From the NCBI GenBank assembly GCA_021808925.1, contig JAKBAR010000004.1:1-53054 (forward strand): a stretch of 53,054 bases of DNA, written 5' to 3'. Each line of letters begins with the position of its first letter. Position 1 is the first letter of the stretch. Under the pieces are notes generated by a model that did not search any database, had not been told where the DNA came from, and saw only the letters and a program-made list of their open reading frames with translations. This DNA comes from Pseudomonadota bacterium. GTDB taxonomy: Bacteria; Pseudomonadota; Alphaproteobacteria; Paracaedibacterales; JAKBAR01. The position numbers were made by a program, and so were the translations under genes. Below are positions 1 to 9,686 of the stretch, piece by piece.

Positions 1-472
1 CGGCGGTGGCCAGAATTCAACAGGCGATTGTGAACTTGAAAAAGCAGGTGACGGCGCAGGCCAAGGACCCGAAAAAACAAATGGGGGCGCTGACAGCGTT
101 AATTAATAAGCTGAAGGAGCTGGAGAATGCGGCCCGCTCGGCCAAGGATACGGCCACGGAAGGAAATGCGAAAAAAGAGCAGCAGACCTATCAAACGCAG
201 CTGGATCAGCTGAAAAAAGCCCCGCCGCCCACACAAAAGCCTGGGGCGAATCCGGCGGTGGCCAGAATTCAACAGGCGATTGTGAACTTGAAAAAGCAGG
301 TGACGGCGCAGGCCAAGGACCCGAAAAAACAAATGGGGGCGCTGACAGCGTTAATTAATAAGCTGAAGGAGCTGGAGAACGCGGCCCGCTCGGCCAAGGA
401 TACGGCCACGGAAGGAAATGCGAAAAAAGAGCAGCAGACCTATCAAACGCAGCTGGATCAGCTGAAAAAAGC
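1..472 (+). repeat. Coding direct repeat with 252-bp period (1-220 and 253-472)
   Basis: The copies are identical except gagaatgc/gagaacgc and are separated by a Pro-rich linker (PPPTQKPGANP). Confidence 0.95.
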
Positions 473-1016
473 TGGTCAAAAAGCTGCTGACGATAAAAAG
501 AAAAGGGAGGAGGCTGCCAAGAAAAAGCTCGAGGACGATAAAAAGAAAAGGGAGGAGGCTGCCAAGAAAAAGCTCGAGGACGATAAAAAGAAAAGGGAGG
601 AGGCCGCGAAGAAAGCTGCTGACGATAAAAAGAAAAGGGAGGAGGCCGCGAAGAAAGCTGCTGACGATAAAAAGAAAAGGGAGGAGGCCGCGAAGAAAAA
701 GCTCGAGGACGATAAAAAGAAAAGGGAGGAGGCCGCGAAGAAAAAGCTCGAGGACGATAAAAAGAAAAGGGAGGAGGCCGCGAAGAAAGCTGCTGACGAT
801 AAAAAGAAAAGGGAGCAGGCCGCGAAGAAAGCTGCTGACGATAAAAAGAAAAGGCAGGAGGCTGCTAAAAAAGCTGCTGACGATAAAAAGAAAAGGGAGC
901 AGGCCGCGAAGAAAGCTGCTGACGATAAAAAGAAAAGGGAGGAGGCCGAACGTAAAAGAAAAGCAGCTGCAGCAGAAGCAGCAAGGAAAGCCGCGGCTGC
1001 CAAGAAAAAGAAATAA
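1..1016 (+). CDS. 5'-truncated repetitive K/A/E/D-rich helical protein (84-aa repeats followed by 14/15-aa charged repeats)
   Basis: ORF is open from the window edge. It has two near-identical 84-aa-period units, then 11 DDKKKR-containing units, and ends AAAKKKK-stop. Confidence 0.85.
   Translation, partial: AVARIQQAIVNLKKQVTAQAKDPKKQMGALTALINKLKELENAARSAKDTATEGNAKKEQQTYQTQLDQLKKAPPPTQKPGANPAVARIQQAIVNLKKQVTAQAKDPKKQMGALTALINKLKELENAARSAKDTATEGNAKKEQQTYQTQLDQLKKAGQKAADDKKKREEAAKKKLEDDKKKREEAAKKKLEDDKKKREEAAKKAADDKKKREEAAKKAADDKKKREEAAKKKLEDDKKKREEAAKKKLEDDKKKREEAAKKAADDKKKREQAAKKAADDKKKRQEAAKKAADDKKKREQAAKKAADDKKKREEAERKRKAAAAEAARKAAAAKKKK
473..950 (+). repeat. Coding tandem repeat of 42/45-bp units
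   Basis: 11 units of AAKKAADDKKKREE (42 bp) or AAKKKLEDDKKKREE (45 bp) with invariant core gacgataaaaagaaaagg. Confidence 0.95.
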
Positions 1017-1093
1017 TTTGACGGTTTTGATGTCTTTTAAAAAAATCAAAAATTCAGTAGACTCTCTCCAGATGCTTTCTAGATACTTTTTTT

Positions 1094-2710
1094 ATGTTTT
1101 TTAACGTCCTTGCTCTTTTTTGCTTTTCAAGCTGTCTCGCACTTTACGCAGCCGCTCCTGAGGTTCTACCCCCCTCTGATACACCTCAAACACCCCCTAT
1201 CCAACCTGCACTGAGCACTGCAGAAAATATAAAAAAAATTCTTGACCTTGTCCGCCGAGGTGTTGTTGTCGTAGATGTCAAAACTTACGCCTCAACTGAT
1301 AGTGAAAAACGTTCGGCTTGGACAGGATCCGGCTTCATCGTTTTCATTGACCCCAAAGAGGATTTTGCCATTATCGCTACCAATCGCCATGTTGCAGGCG
1401 ATATGACCGTTAGCACTTATACGATTAAATTTTCAAATGGAACAACAACAACAGCTAAGTTGCTTTATTTTGACCCCCTTTTTGATTTTGCGTTTCTAAA
1501 AATTGAAAAATCGAAGTTGCCTAAAGATGCTATAGCGCTTGAACTGTCTAAACAACCTCTGGAGTTGAACACAAGTGTGTACACCATGGGAAATTCTGCC
1601 AAAGATGAGTTTTCAACCTATAAGTGCACTGTTTTTTCGCTTTATGAGATGCTTGGCCCTTTTGCTGAGCAATCGGTAAAGTTTGCGGGTCTCACAATAC
1701 CCGGAGCCAGTGGATCTCCTGGTTTTGACGAAAACGGCCGCGTTGTCCTTATTGTCTATGGGGGCAAAGGAACCTCCGGTGCAGGACTCCCCATCGCCTA
1801 TATTGCGGATGCTCTGGACTTTTTAAAACAAGGGAAAACACCTCCGCGCCGTACACTCGGCATCGTTCCTCAATATGTGAGCCTTGAGGATATGGTGAAG
1901 GCTGATTTGATTTCTGTTCAAGCCATGCAAGAGTATCTTAATGCGTTCCCCGACGCCAATAATAAAGTGCTTATGATTAATTCACGCCTGCCAGGATATG
2001 ATGCGTTTAAAGCTTTTGAGCCTGGGGATATTCTATGGAAGGTCAATGGCGAATTAATTGGTCCAAAACTCTATGAAATGGACCGGATTGTGAATCATTT
2101 TCCAGCAGACAAGCCCATTGTTGTTTCTTTTTATCGCAAAGGAGAGCTCAAAGATGTTCAGATTCATTCCTATGCACTTTCTCTAGCACCTGCGGAAGCT
2201 ATGATTAATTTTGCCGATGCTGCATGGATTCAAAACAGTGAATTTATTAAACTTTTTCTTGGGTGTGCTGGTGAAGGTGTTTTTATGCTGGGTGTAGGGC
2301 AAACCTCTCCGTTTCGTACTCTTTTTAATGGAGATCTTCCCCCCTTTTTCCTTGATACGCGCATTGTTCAAATGACAGAAATGGATGGAAAGGCCCTTAA
2401 GTCCTTAAAAGATTTAGAGGAGCTTATCCCCACGCTTATGAAAAAAACATACTTTACCGTTAAATATATTGATTTTATGGGGATGATTGGTCTTGGGCTT
2501 TTCACACCAGCCGATCGTGAGGAGCGCCTTGCGGTTGTGAAGTATGAGTCAAAGTTTGATTCGCCTAAGTTCTATCACTTTAATAACCAAACACATGAGT
2601 GGGATACTGTGGATCTCCACGCCCCCGCAAAAACGCCTGAAATTCCCCAGAAAGACTCAAAGGGTTTTATGCCCTCCAGTCCAACAAAAATAGATATTAC
2701 AAAGAAATAG
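1094..2710 (+). CDS. Exported trypsin-like serine protease with PDZ domains (HtrA/Deg clan, Nma111/DEG7-like)
   Basis: Hydrophobic N-terminus. Triad motifs TNRHV (His), DFAFLK (Asp), GASGSP (Ser). PDZ motif GDILWKVNGELI. Confidence 0.85.
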   Translation: MFFNVLALFCFSSCLALYAAAPEVLPPSDTPQTPPIQPALSTAENIKKILDLVRRGVVVVDVKTYASTDSEKRSAWTGSGFIVFIDPKEDFAIIATNRHVAGDMTVSTYTIKFSNGTTTTAKLLYFDPLFDFAFLKIEKSKLPKDAIALELSKQPLELNTSVYTMGNSAKDEFSTYKCTVFSLYEMLGPFAEQSVKFAGLTIPGASGSPGFDENGRVVLIVYGGKGTSGAGLPIAYIADALDFLKQGKTPPRRTLGIVPQYVSLEDMVKADLISVQAMQEYLNAFPDANNKVLMINSRLPGYDAFKAFEPGDILWKVNGELIGPKLYEMDRIVNHFPADKPIVVSFYRKGELKDVQIHSYALSLAPAEAMINFADAAWIQNSEFIKLFLGCAGEGVFMLGVGQTSPFRTLFNGDLPPFFLDTRIVQMTEMDGKALKSLKDLEELIPTLMKKTYFTVKYIDFMGMIGLGLFTPADREERLAVVKYESKFDSPKFYHFNNQTHEWDTVDLHAPAKTPEIPQKDSKGFMPSSPTKIDITKK

Positions 2711-2734
2711 TAAAAAGTGGAGGGGGTCCTTTTT

Positions 2735-3202
2735 TCATAAAATAAGACACCCCCCACTCCAATCTTTAGGGTTATCGATCCCTGTATACCCCTTGAGAGG
2801 ATATTCCTCTGTGGGGTTTTCTTGTCCTGTATAAACAAAGAGTTCCTTGATAAGTTTTGTTTTTTCATTTTTCTCAAGGTTTTGATTTTCACGAATTGAT
2901 TGGTTTAAAAGCGAAAAAAACCAAGTCTTTGTACTTTTTTTAGAATTATGAGCTAAATAAATTTCTGAGAGCTCACGAGAACTCAGCTGGTTCAAGTCTG
3001 TGATCTGTCGCTGATTAAGCTCCTCTTTAAGCGTATTGAGATCACTCGCTCTAATGTAATGGTCCGTGATATCAAAAAACCAATCCGACGTTTTAGTCGA
3101 CGCAAAAGAAAGATCCCCCGTCAAAAAGAAAAAACTCATTATGATAACAATCATCATACAACAAATCCTTTTTGAACATCTCTCAAAACCTATTGTAAGC
3201 AT
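2735..3202 (-). CDS. Hypothetical exported protein with C-terminal CaaX motif (CLIL)
   Basis: Hydrophobic stretch ending SFAS; C-terminus WSGGCLIL-stop. Start uncertain (3202 or 3157). Confidence 0.7.
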   Translation of the reverse strand: MLTIGFERCSKRICCMMIVIIMSFFFLTGDLSFASTKTSDWFFDITDHYIRASDLNTLKEELNQRQITDLNQLSSRELSEIYLAHNSKKSTKTWFFSLLNQSIRENQNLEKNEKTKLIKELFVYTGQENPTEEYPLKGYTGIDNPKDWSGGCLIL

Positions 3203-3247
3203 TTATTGTTTAATAATTAACTAAAAATAAATATGATTTTATGTTTT

Positions 3248-4072
3248 TTAGACACTTGAAGACATTTTCTTTTGACCTTTGGGCAATTGAATCATCTGCA
3301 TCAACGAGGCAAGTTCTTGTTTTGCCGCAACATGGGACATACTCATGGTCATATTATTTTCCCGCATATCCAAAAGTGTGAGACCACTCAAAAAAAGCTC
3401 ACGAAAGATGACACGCTCACCAAAACCAGGAAGAGAGCGAAAACCAATACGCTTTGCAAGTGCTGTGAGTACCTTTTCCATTTCCTCTTTGTTGCGAGAA
3501 TTAAGACTACTAAGACGATTGCGCAACACAATCCAATCGATCGAACCGCCACAGCGAATGGCTTTTTGTTTTTTTTGCTCCCACACCATTTCAGAATAGG
3601 TACTCGGTTTTAAAATATCCAGTGAATCCGCATTCAAGCGCACAAGCATATCAAGGTCGATAAAACTATCGTTCAATGGGGTAATCAGTGTATCCGCAAA
3701 AGAATGGGCGAGCCTGGACAAGTAACTATCACTTCCGGGCGTATCAATAACGATATAGTCCATATCCTTTAATGCCGTCATTACTCCCTCAAAGCGTGCG
3801 GCTTCATCCGCCTCTGCCTCATGACGATCGACAAGATCACTTTTAAAAAGAGGTTTATGCACCGGCAAAGGAAGATCTTGTTCCTTTGCTGCTTTGCGCA
3901 GGCTACGATTTTCCACATACCGCGTCAATGTTCCTTGCCGTGCATCAACATCCACAGAGCCCACAGTATAACCATCCCGAAGAAGGCTTGTAATAAGATG
4001 CATGGACACAGTGGATTTTCCTGTCCCTCCTTTTTCATTCCCTAAAACAATAACGTAAGGTTGCTGGGTCAT
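3248..4072 (-). CDS. mipZ: Division plane positioning ATPase MipZ (ParA-like)
   Basis: VLGNEKGGTGKST deviant Walker A, DVDARQG, IDTPG, TPLNDSFIDLD, ERVIFRELF. Confidence 0.93.
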   Translation of the reverse strand: MTQQPYVIVLGNEKGGTGKSTVSMHLITSLLRDGYTVGSVDVDARQGTLTRYVENRSLRKAAKEQDLPLPVHKPLFKSDLVDRHEAEADEAARFEGVMTALKDMDYIVIDTPGSDSYLSRLAHSFADTLITPLNDSFIDLDMLVRLNADSLDILKPSTYSEMVWEQKKQKAIRCGGSIDWIVLRNRLSSLNSRNKEEMEKVLTALAKRIGFRSLPGFGERVIFRELFLSGLTLLDMRENNMTMSMSHVAAKQELASLMQMIQLPKGQKKMSSSV

Positions 4073-4136
4073 AGTAAGTCATTCTTAAAAATATTATAGT
4101 TCTATTTTAGACATGTCTGCCCTCTCACGGCAAGAA

Positions 4137-4736
4137 TCAGTTGCTAGATCTTTTTTTATCTTTTTTGGTATGTCTTTTGAAGGAGGGACTTGGCCATTCA
4201 TATTGAAAGTCTTTGGCTAAATAATGACGAAAAAGAGAGTAGGATACATCAGTCTTATACCGCTCATTAATATCATTCAAGGCCTCTTGTTGTGTTTTCT
4301 TCATCCACTCTAATGCATCTTTATCCGTTATTTTTTTAGCTTTTTCTTTGTCAGAACTTTTCTCAACAATAAAATTTTTGAGATAATCGATATCATCCTT
4401 AAAAAAATTTATTTGATTTTCTTCCGTTTCTCTGAAGATCTTAAGATCAAACGCTTTATCTCTTTTTAAGCATTTTTTCGTTTTCTTTTTTTTCACAATC
4501 TTCGACTTTTTAAAATCAGAGGATTGTGTCTCGATCTTGGCAGTACAACTGTTGATAAACTTAATCAGTATCTTTGCGGCTTTCTCTATCTCTTCATTTT
4601 CTTTCTCAAGCGTTTGAGGAAAAGCAACTAAATTTCCTACATCTCCTGAGTTGATGTCTAGTTTTTCAGATTTTTCAGAGGCAAAAGCCGTTGTCATTAA
4701 AAAAGAAGAAAGGCTTAATAATGCTATTGTTTTCAT
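4137..4736 (-). CDS. Hypothetical exported Lys-rich protein
   Basis: Signal peptide MKTIALLSLSSFLMTTAFAS; basic clusters KKSKIVKKKKTKK and KRHTKKDKKR. Confidence 0.75.
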   Translation of the reverse strand: MKTIALLSLSSFLMTTAFASEKSEKLDINSGDVGNLVAFPQTLEKENEEIEKAAKILIKFINSCTAKIETQSSDFKKSKIVKKKKTKKCLKRDKAFDLKIFRETEENQINFFKDDIDYLKNFIVEKSSDKEKAKKITDKDALEWMKKTQQEALNDINERYKTDVSYSLFRHYLAKDFQYEWPSPSFKRHTKKDKKRSSN

Positions 4737-4928
4737 AAAATTAAAATTACTTTTTTAAATTGGTTAGATTGATTTTATGCTAATAAAATAATAGAAATTC
4801 AATATGATTATTTTTTATTAACCTCTCATGCCCAAGCTAAAGACGTTAAACGCCTTTTTTCATAGCATCACCACGGTATTTCGGGCATTCTTGGAGAAGA
4901 TAACAGGAAAATTGGATAAAGCGTTTTT

Positions 4929-7214
4929 ATGGGAATGATCGGCCGTATGGGTGTGTTTGTAGGCATTATTTTATTTATTCTCTCTTTTGCGCTACTCTCT
5001 CTCTCAATCTCAACGCCTCTCCAATTTATGGCTCTTGGAAGTCTTGCCCTTCTTATTTTTATTCTTGCCGCTTTTTTGAACCGGCAACGGACGGATAAAA
5101 AAAATATTTATTACCCCCTCGCTTTTCAGCATATTGCGAGCATGTGTGAGGTCGCTCTTTTTGATACAAAAGGGCAGCTACAGCTTAGTACGAAAGGACC
5201 TGCTTACCTTAATTTGTCAGATTTTGCACGTAAGCTTTTTCAAAAAATTCAACCCAGTGAGGCGTCTGCGAAACTCCAAGAAGCGTTGGAAACTCAACAA
5301 TATTGTGATGTCCTTGTAAATGGCGGCGGCAATGGTCTTGGACAGTTCGAAAAATGGTGGATGGTTCGAGTTTTCCCTCACCAAAAATCCTTAGGCGTTG
5401 CTGTTGTTGATGTGAGTCAGCCTGTAGGCAATTTTAATCAACTCCAACAAAGTTATAATGCGCTTGAAAAATTTATTGATAGTGCCCCTTTTGGTCTTTA
5501 TTACACAAGTCGTAGCGGTCACCTTGTGGGGCTTAATGCAACTTTTGCTAATTGGTTTGGCAAGCTTAAAGAAGAGCTTATTGGTAGGCGTGTCAGTGAT
5601 ATTTTAAATCAATCGAATGATGGTTGGGTCACCCTTCATACAGATCCTCCTTTGAAGCTTTATCATATTCTCAATGGATCGGCGAATCTTGTTTTTCGTA
5701 TGCCTGTTCAATCTTTGGCAAGTGTGGCGGGTAGCTATCTTGATACTTTTGAAAAAGAAGCGCTGCCTGCTTTAAAATTAAACAAGGCAGGACACGTGAT
5801 CGCGATGAACGCAGCTTTTCGTCATATGATCGTCGAATACCTCGAGATTAATGACCTCCATGTCTTTACAGATATTGTTAATGAAGGTCAACGCAGTGAT
5901 ATTCATAAGAAAATCCAAAAACTTTTTGATTCTATGCACAATCAACAGCCCTTTGAAGTACGTTTTAGTGATGAAAAAATTCACACTACGGCCTATGCTT
6001 CACGCATCGATAAGGATACAGCTCTCCTTCAATTTATTGATATTTCTGAGCAAAAACGCCTCGAACAGCAATTTATTCAATCACAAAAAATGCAAGCCGT
6101 GGGGCAATTAGCAGGAGGCATCGCCCATGACTTTAACAATCTCCTCACAGCGATGCTGGGCTTTTGTGATCTTTTGCTTCAGCGCTGTATCCCCAGCGAT
6201 CCTTCCTATAGCGATGTTATGCAGATTAAGCAAAATGGCATTCGTGCAGCAAATTTAGTGCGTCAACTTCTGGCATTTTCACGTCAACAAACACTGCAAC
6301 CTAAAATTACTCATATCACAGATGTATTGGCAGAACTCACAGCCCTCTTACGCCGTCTTATTGGTGCAGGGATTGATCTTCAAATGACCCATGGCCGCGA
6401 GCTTTGGCCTATCAAAGTGGATGCAAGTCAACTTGAACAAGTGATTATTAACCTTGTTGTCAATGCACGAGATGCGATGGGGCAAGAGGGTAAATTAATC
6501 ATCAAAACCTCTAATTATCACAGTTCAAAGGTCACACGCCTTGGCCATGATATGATGCCAAAGGGAGATTATGTTTTGATCGAACTTCAAGATACGGGCC
6601 ACGGCATTGAGCCTGAGAATATTGAACGTATTTTTGAACCTTTTTTTACCACAAAAGAAGTCGGCGCAGGAACAGGGCTTGGCCTTTCAACAGTGTACGG
6701 TATTGTCAAGCAAACAGGTGGATTCATTGCCGTTAATAGCTCAATAACCCCTCCCACGGGTACGATTTTTAAAATTTTTCTTCCGCGCTTTCAAGGCGAA
6801 GAGATTGTCGAATTTGTTGTTCCAGAAACCCCAACAACAGACTTAACGGGTGGTGGGAAAATTCTTCTTGTTGAGGATGAAGATGCTGTAAGGCTTTTTA
6901 GTGCTCGCGCTTTGCGTGAAAAGGGATATAACGTCACCGAAACATCAAGTGGTGATCAAGCCCTTGATCTTGTCAAAAATGGAGAGCGTTTTGACCTTCT
7001 GATTACGGATGTTGTCATGCCGAAAATGGATGGGCCTACACTTTCTAAAAAAATTAAAGATCACTATCCTGAGCTCAAAACTATTTTTATTTCTGGCTAT
7101 ACAGAAGATACGTTTCGAAAAAATTTAGGGCATGATGCAAAGATCCATTTTCTTGCAAAACCCTTTAGCCTTAAGGATCTTGCGGCAAAGGTAAAAGATA
7201 TTTTTAACGCTTAG
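4929..7214 (+). CDS. cckA: Hybrid histidine kinase CckA (TM-PAS-HisKA-HATPase-REC)
   Basis: Two N-terminal TMs, PAS-like regions, QSQKMQAVGQLAGGIAHDFNNLLT, NLVVNARDAM, FEPFFTTKEVGAGTGLGLSTVYGIVKQTGG, receiver LLVEDE...DVVMPKMDG. Confidence 0.92.
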   Translation: MGMIGRMGVFVGIILFILSFALLSLSISTPLQFMALGSLALLIFILAAFLNRQRTDKKNIYYPLAFQHIASMCEVALFDTKGQLQLSTKGPAYLNLSDFARKLFQKIQPSEASAKLQEALETQQYCDVLVNGGGNGLGQFEKWWMVRVFPHQKSLGVAVVDVSQPVGNFNQLQQSYNALEKFIDSAPFGLYYTSRSGHLVGLNATFANWFGKLKEELIGRRVSDILNQSNDGWVTLHTDPPLKLYHILNGSANLVFRMPVQSLASVAGSYLDTFEKEALPALKLNKAGHVIAMNAAFRHMIVEYLEINDLHVFTDIVNEGQRSDIHKKIQKLFDSMHNQQPFEVRFSDEKIHTTAYASRIDKDTALLQFIDISEQKRLEQQFIQSQKMQAVGQLAGGIAHDFNNLLTAMLGFCDLLLQRCIPSDPSYSDVMQIKQNGIRAANLVRQLLAFSRQQTLQPKITHITDVLAELTALLRRLIGAGIDLQMTHGRELWPIKVDASQLEQVIINLVVNARDAMGQEGKLIIKTSNYHSSKVTRLGHDMMPKGDYVLIELQDTGHGIEPENIERIFEPFFTTKEVGAGTGLGLSTVYGIVKQTGGFIAVNSSITPPTGTIFKIFLPRFQGEEIVEFVVPETPTTDLTGGGKILLVEDEDAVRLFSARALREKGYNVTETSSGDQALDLVKNGERFDLLITDVVMPKMDGPTLSKKIKDHYPELKTIFISGYTEDTFRKNLGHDAKIHFLAKPFSLKDLAAKVKDIFNA

Positions 7215-7223
7215 ATACTTTTC

Positions 7224-8654
7224 CTAATCAACATTCACAATCTTAAGGAAATTTGTACTGCCCTTTTCAAAAGGGATACCGGACGTCATAATCACCTGAT
7301 CATGTTTATGAACAAAGTGATGTTCCTTGGCATAGGAAATAGGATCAACATTCACTGCATCATGCGGCACAATGAGACTATAAACCCCCCAGCAAAGGCA
7401 AAGTTCTCGTGCTGTTTGCTTATTTTGTGTACATCCAATAATAGGCGCATAGGGGCGTTCTTTTGCAGCAGCATAGGCCGTGCTCCCTGAGTGAGTAAGC
7501 GTGATAATCGCCCTGATATTCAAATGCTGCGTAATTTCGCGCGCTGCTGCCGTAATCGCATCAGAAATACTTTTGTGTGTTGCTTGTTTGAGAACTTTAT
7601 AATCGCTTTGGCTATCTTTTTCTGTATGCAAAAGAATGCGGTGCATCATTTGAACTGCTTCTTTGGGATAGTGACCCGACGCAGATTCCGCGGAGAGCAT
7701 CACAGCATCCACATGATCATAAATTGCATTTGCTACATCAGACGCCTCCGCACGGGTTGGGGAAGGGGCCTCAATCATAGACTCTAGCATTTGTGTGGCG
7801 ACAATCACAGGCTTGCCAACTGAACGACAGCTACGAATAATGCGCTTTTGAAGACTCGGCACCTCTTCAAGAGGAAGCTCCACACCCAAATCACCGCGGG
7901 CAACCATAATTGCATCGCTTGCATTCACAATCGCATCTAAATGCCGAAGAGCCATAGGTTTTTCAAGCTTTGCAATAATTTTAGCTTTTGTCCCAATAAG
8001 CGCACGTGCCTCCTCAATATCATGCGGTGTTTGAACAAAAGACAACGCAATCCAAGGAATATCTTGCGTCAGAACAAAAGCCAAATCTTTTCTATCTTTA
8101 TCTGTCATGGCTGACAGAGGAAGCTGTATGTTTGGAACATTCACACCTTTTCGACTAGAGAGAGGGCCGCCAACAATGACTTCACAAGTTAAAATATTCT
8201 CTTTGTTTTTCAGCACAGTAAGTTTTATTTTACCATCATCAAGAAGCAAAGATGTTCCTTTTTCAGCAACATTAAAAATCTCTGGATGAGAGAGTTGCAC
8301 TGCTTTTTCTGTCCCTCTCACAGGATGAAGATGCAGCTCAAAAAGGTCAGAGGATTTTAGCGTAACAGGCCCATTCTCAATAACGCCAATACGAATTTTA
8401 GGCCCTTGAAGATCGGCTAAAACACCGATGGGGCGGTTATATTTTTTTTCTACATCCTGAATAAAGTGAAGGTTTTGAAGGTGTCCCGCATGATCACCAT
8501 GGGAAAAATTAAGACGAAAAACATCCACGCCTGAAAGAAAAAGAGACTCAATCATCTCAAATGTCGACGATGATGGCCCAAGCGTTGCTATAATTTTAGT
8601 ATTACGATCACGACTTTTTATCACTATCACTCTTCCCACATTTGTAGAGATCAA
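7224..8654 (-). CDS. pyk: Pyruvate kinase
   Basis: TKIIATLGP, RLNFSHG, DLQGPKIR, MVARGDLGVE, ATQMLESM, PTRAEASDVANA. True start probably a few codons downstream. Confidence 0.97.
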   Translation of the reverse strand: MISTNVGRVIVIKSRDRNTKIIATLGPSSSTFEMIESLFLSGVDVFRLNFSHGDHAGHLQNLHFIQDVEKKYNRPIGVLADLQGPKIRIGVIENGPVTLKSSDLFELHLHPVRGTEKAVQLSHPEIFNVAEKGTSLLLDDGKIKLTVLKNKENILTCEVIVGGPLSSRKGVNVPNIQLPLSAMTDKDRKDLAFVLTQDIPWIALSFVQTPHDIEEARALIGTKAKIIAKLEKPMALRHLDAIVNASDAIMVARGDLGVELPLEEVPSLQKRIIRSCRSVGKPVIVATQMLESMIEAPSPTRAEASDVANAIYDHVDAVMLSAESASGHYPKEAVQMMHRILLHTEKDSQSDYKVLKQATHKSISDAITAAAREITQHLNIRAIITLTHSGSTAYAAAKERPYAPIIGCTQNKQTARELCLCWGVYSLIVPHDAVNVDPISYAKEHHFVHKHDQVIMTSGIPFEKGSTNFLKIVNVD

Positions 8655-8710
8655 AACGGAAAATTTTTAGGCCCCCGCAAAAGCTAGAAAAAAAGACCTC
8701 TAACTAAGTA

Positions 8711-9664
8711 TTAGCCAATGTTCTTTGATACCTGTTCTTGCTGATGCTCACTCCCCCCTTCTTTTTTTCCATCATTGCGTTTGATATTAAGGTAAAGCAA
8801 CAAAGGTGACGCAAGGCAAATGGATGAAAAAGAGCCAATGAGAATACCAATTAAAATAGGCAAGCTAAATTCAGAAATCACATTACCTCCCATAAAGTAC
8901 AAAGCCATGACAGCAAGAAGGGTTGTGGAGGCTGTAAGAATCGTACGTGAAAGCGTTTCGTTAATACTTTTATTAATAAGCTCTGGCAAGGGCATTTTAC
9001 GAAATTTTCGAATATTCTCACGAATACGGTCAAAAATCACAATTGTATCGTTGATGGAATACCCTGCAGTAATCAAAATAGCAATAATGGCTGTTTCTTT
9101 AAACTCAAACCCAAAGAGAGTAAAAAGCCCTAAAATAGCAATACAATCATGGATCAATGCGACAATCGCACATACGGCAAATTGCCATTCAAAACGAAGC
9201 GCAATATAAGCCAGCATCGCCATGAGCGCAAATCCCACAGCTTTTAAACTGTTATGCACAAGGTCACTTCCCACCTTCGGCCCCACCGTTTCAATACGGC
9301 GATAATCCACATTCGGACCAAGGGCTTCTTTCACTTTCGCAATGGCCTTGCTTTGGGATTCTTCCGTTTCATCTTTACGCTCAAAGCGAATCAGAATATC
9401 CGAGCCATCGCCGAAGCTTTGCAAGGAAACTTCTCCCATATGCAGCGCATTCATTTTTTCACGCAGCTGTGCCACATCAGGTTTTTCATGAAAGCGAACC
9501 TCAAGGATATACCCCCCTAAAAAGTCGATCCCATAGTTAATACCTTTTGTGCTTAAAGAAAAAAGCGTTGCGAGAACGATTAAAATTGATATGGAAAACG
9601 AAACAACACGAAGCTTCACAAAATCGATTGTTGTGTTGTAGGGAATAATTTTTAGGAGAGCCAT
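8711..9664 (-). CDS. secF: Protein translocase subunit SecF
   Basis: GIDFLGG, VGPKVG, GYSINDTIVIFDRIREN, TLSRTILT; follows secD. Confidence 0.97.
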   Translation of the reverse strand: MALLKIIPYNTTIDFVKLRVVSFSISILIVLATLFSLSTKGINYGIDFLGGYILEVRFHEKPDVAQLREKMNALHMGEVSLQSFGDGSDILIRFERKDETEESQSKAIAKVKEALGPNVDYRRIETVGPKVGSDLVHNSLKAVGFALMAMLAYIALRFEWQFAVCAIVALIHDCIAILGLFTLFGFEFKETAIIAILITAGYSINDTIVIFDRIRENIRKFRKMPLPELINKSINETLSRTILTASTTLLAVMALYFMGGNVISEFSLPILIGILIGSFSSICLASPLLLYLNIKRNDGKKEGGSEHQQEQVSKNIG

Positions 9665-9686
9665 GATTTTTTCTCTATCTATAAAG

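Noticed and set aside
473-950. 42/45-bp repeats as a CRISPR array
   Set aside because: No unique spacers, unit lengths are multiples of 3 within an ORF, and no cas genes are present.
351-1049. Long hydrophobic antisense ORFs (232 and 175 aa)
   Set aside because: They are shadows of the A-rich coding repeat on the plus strand.
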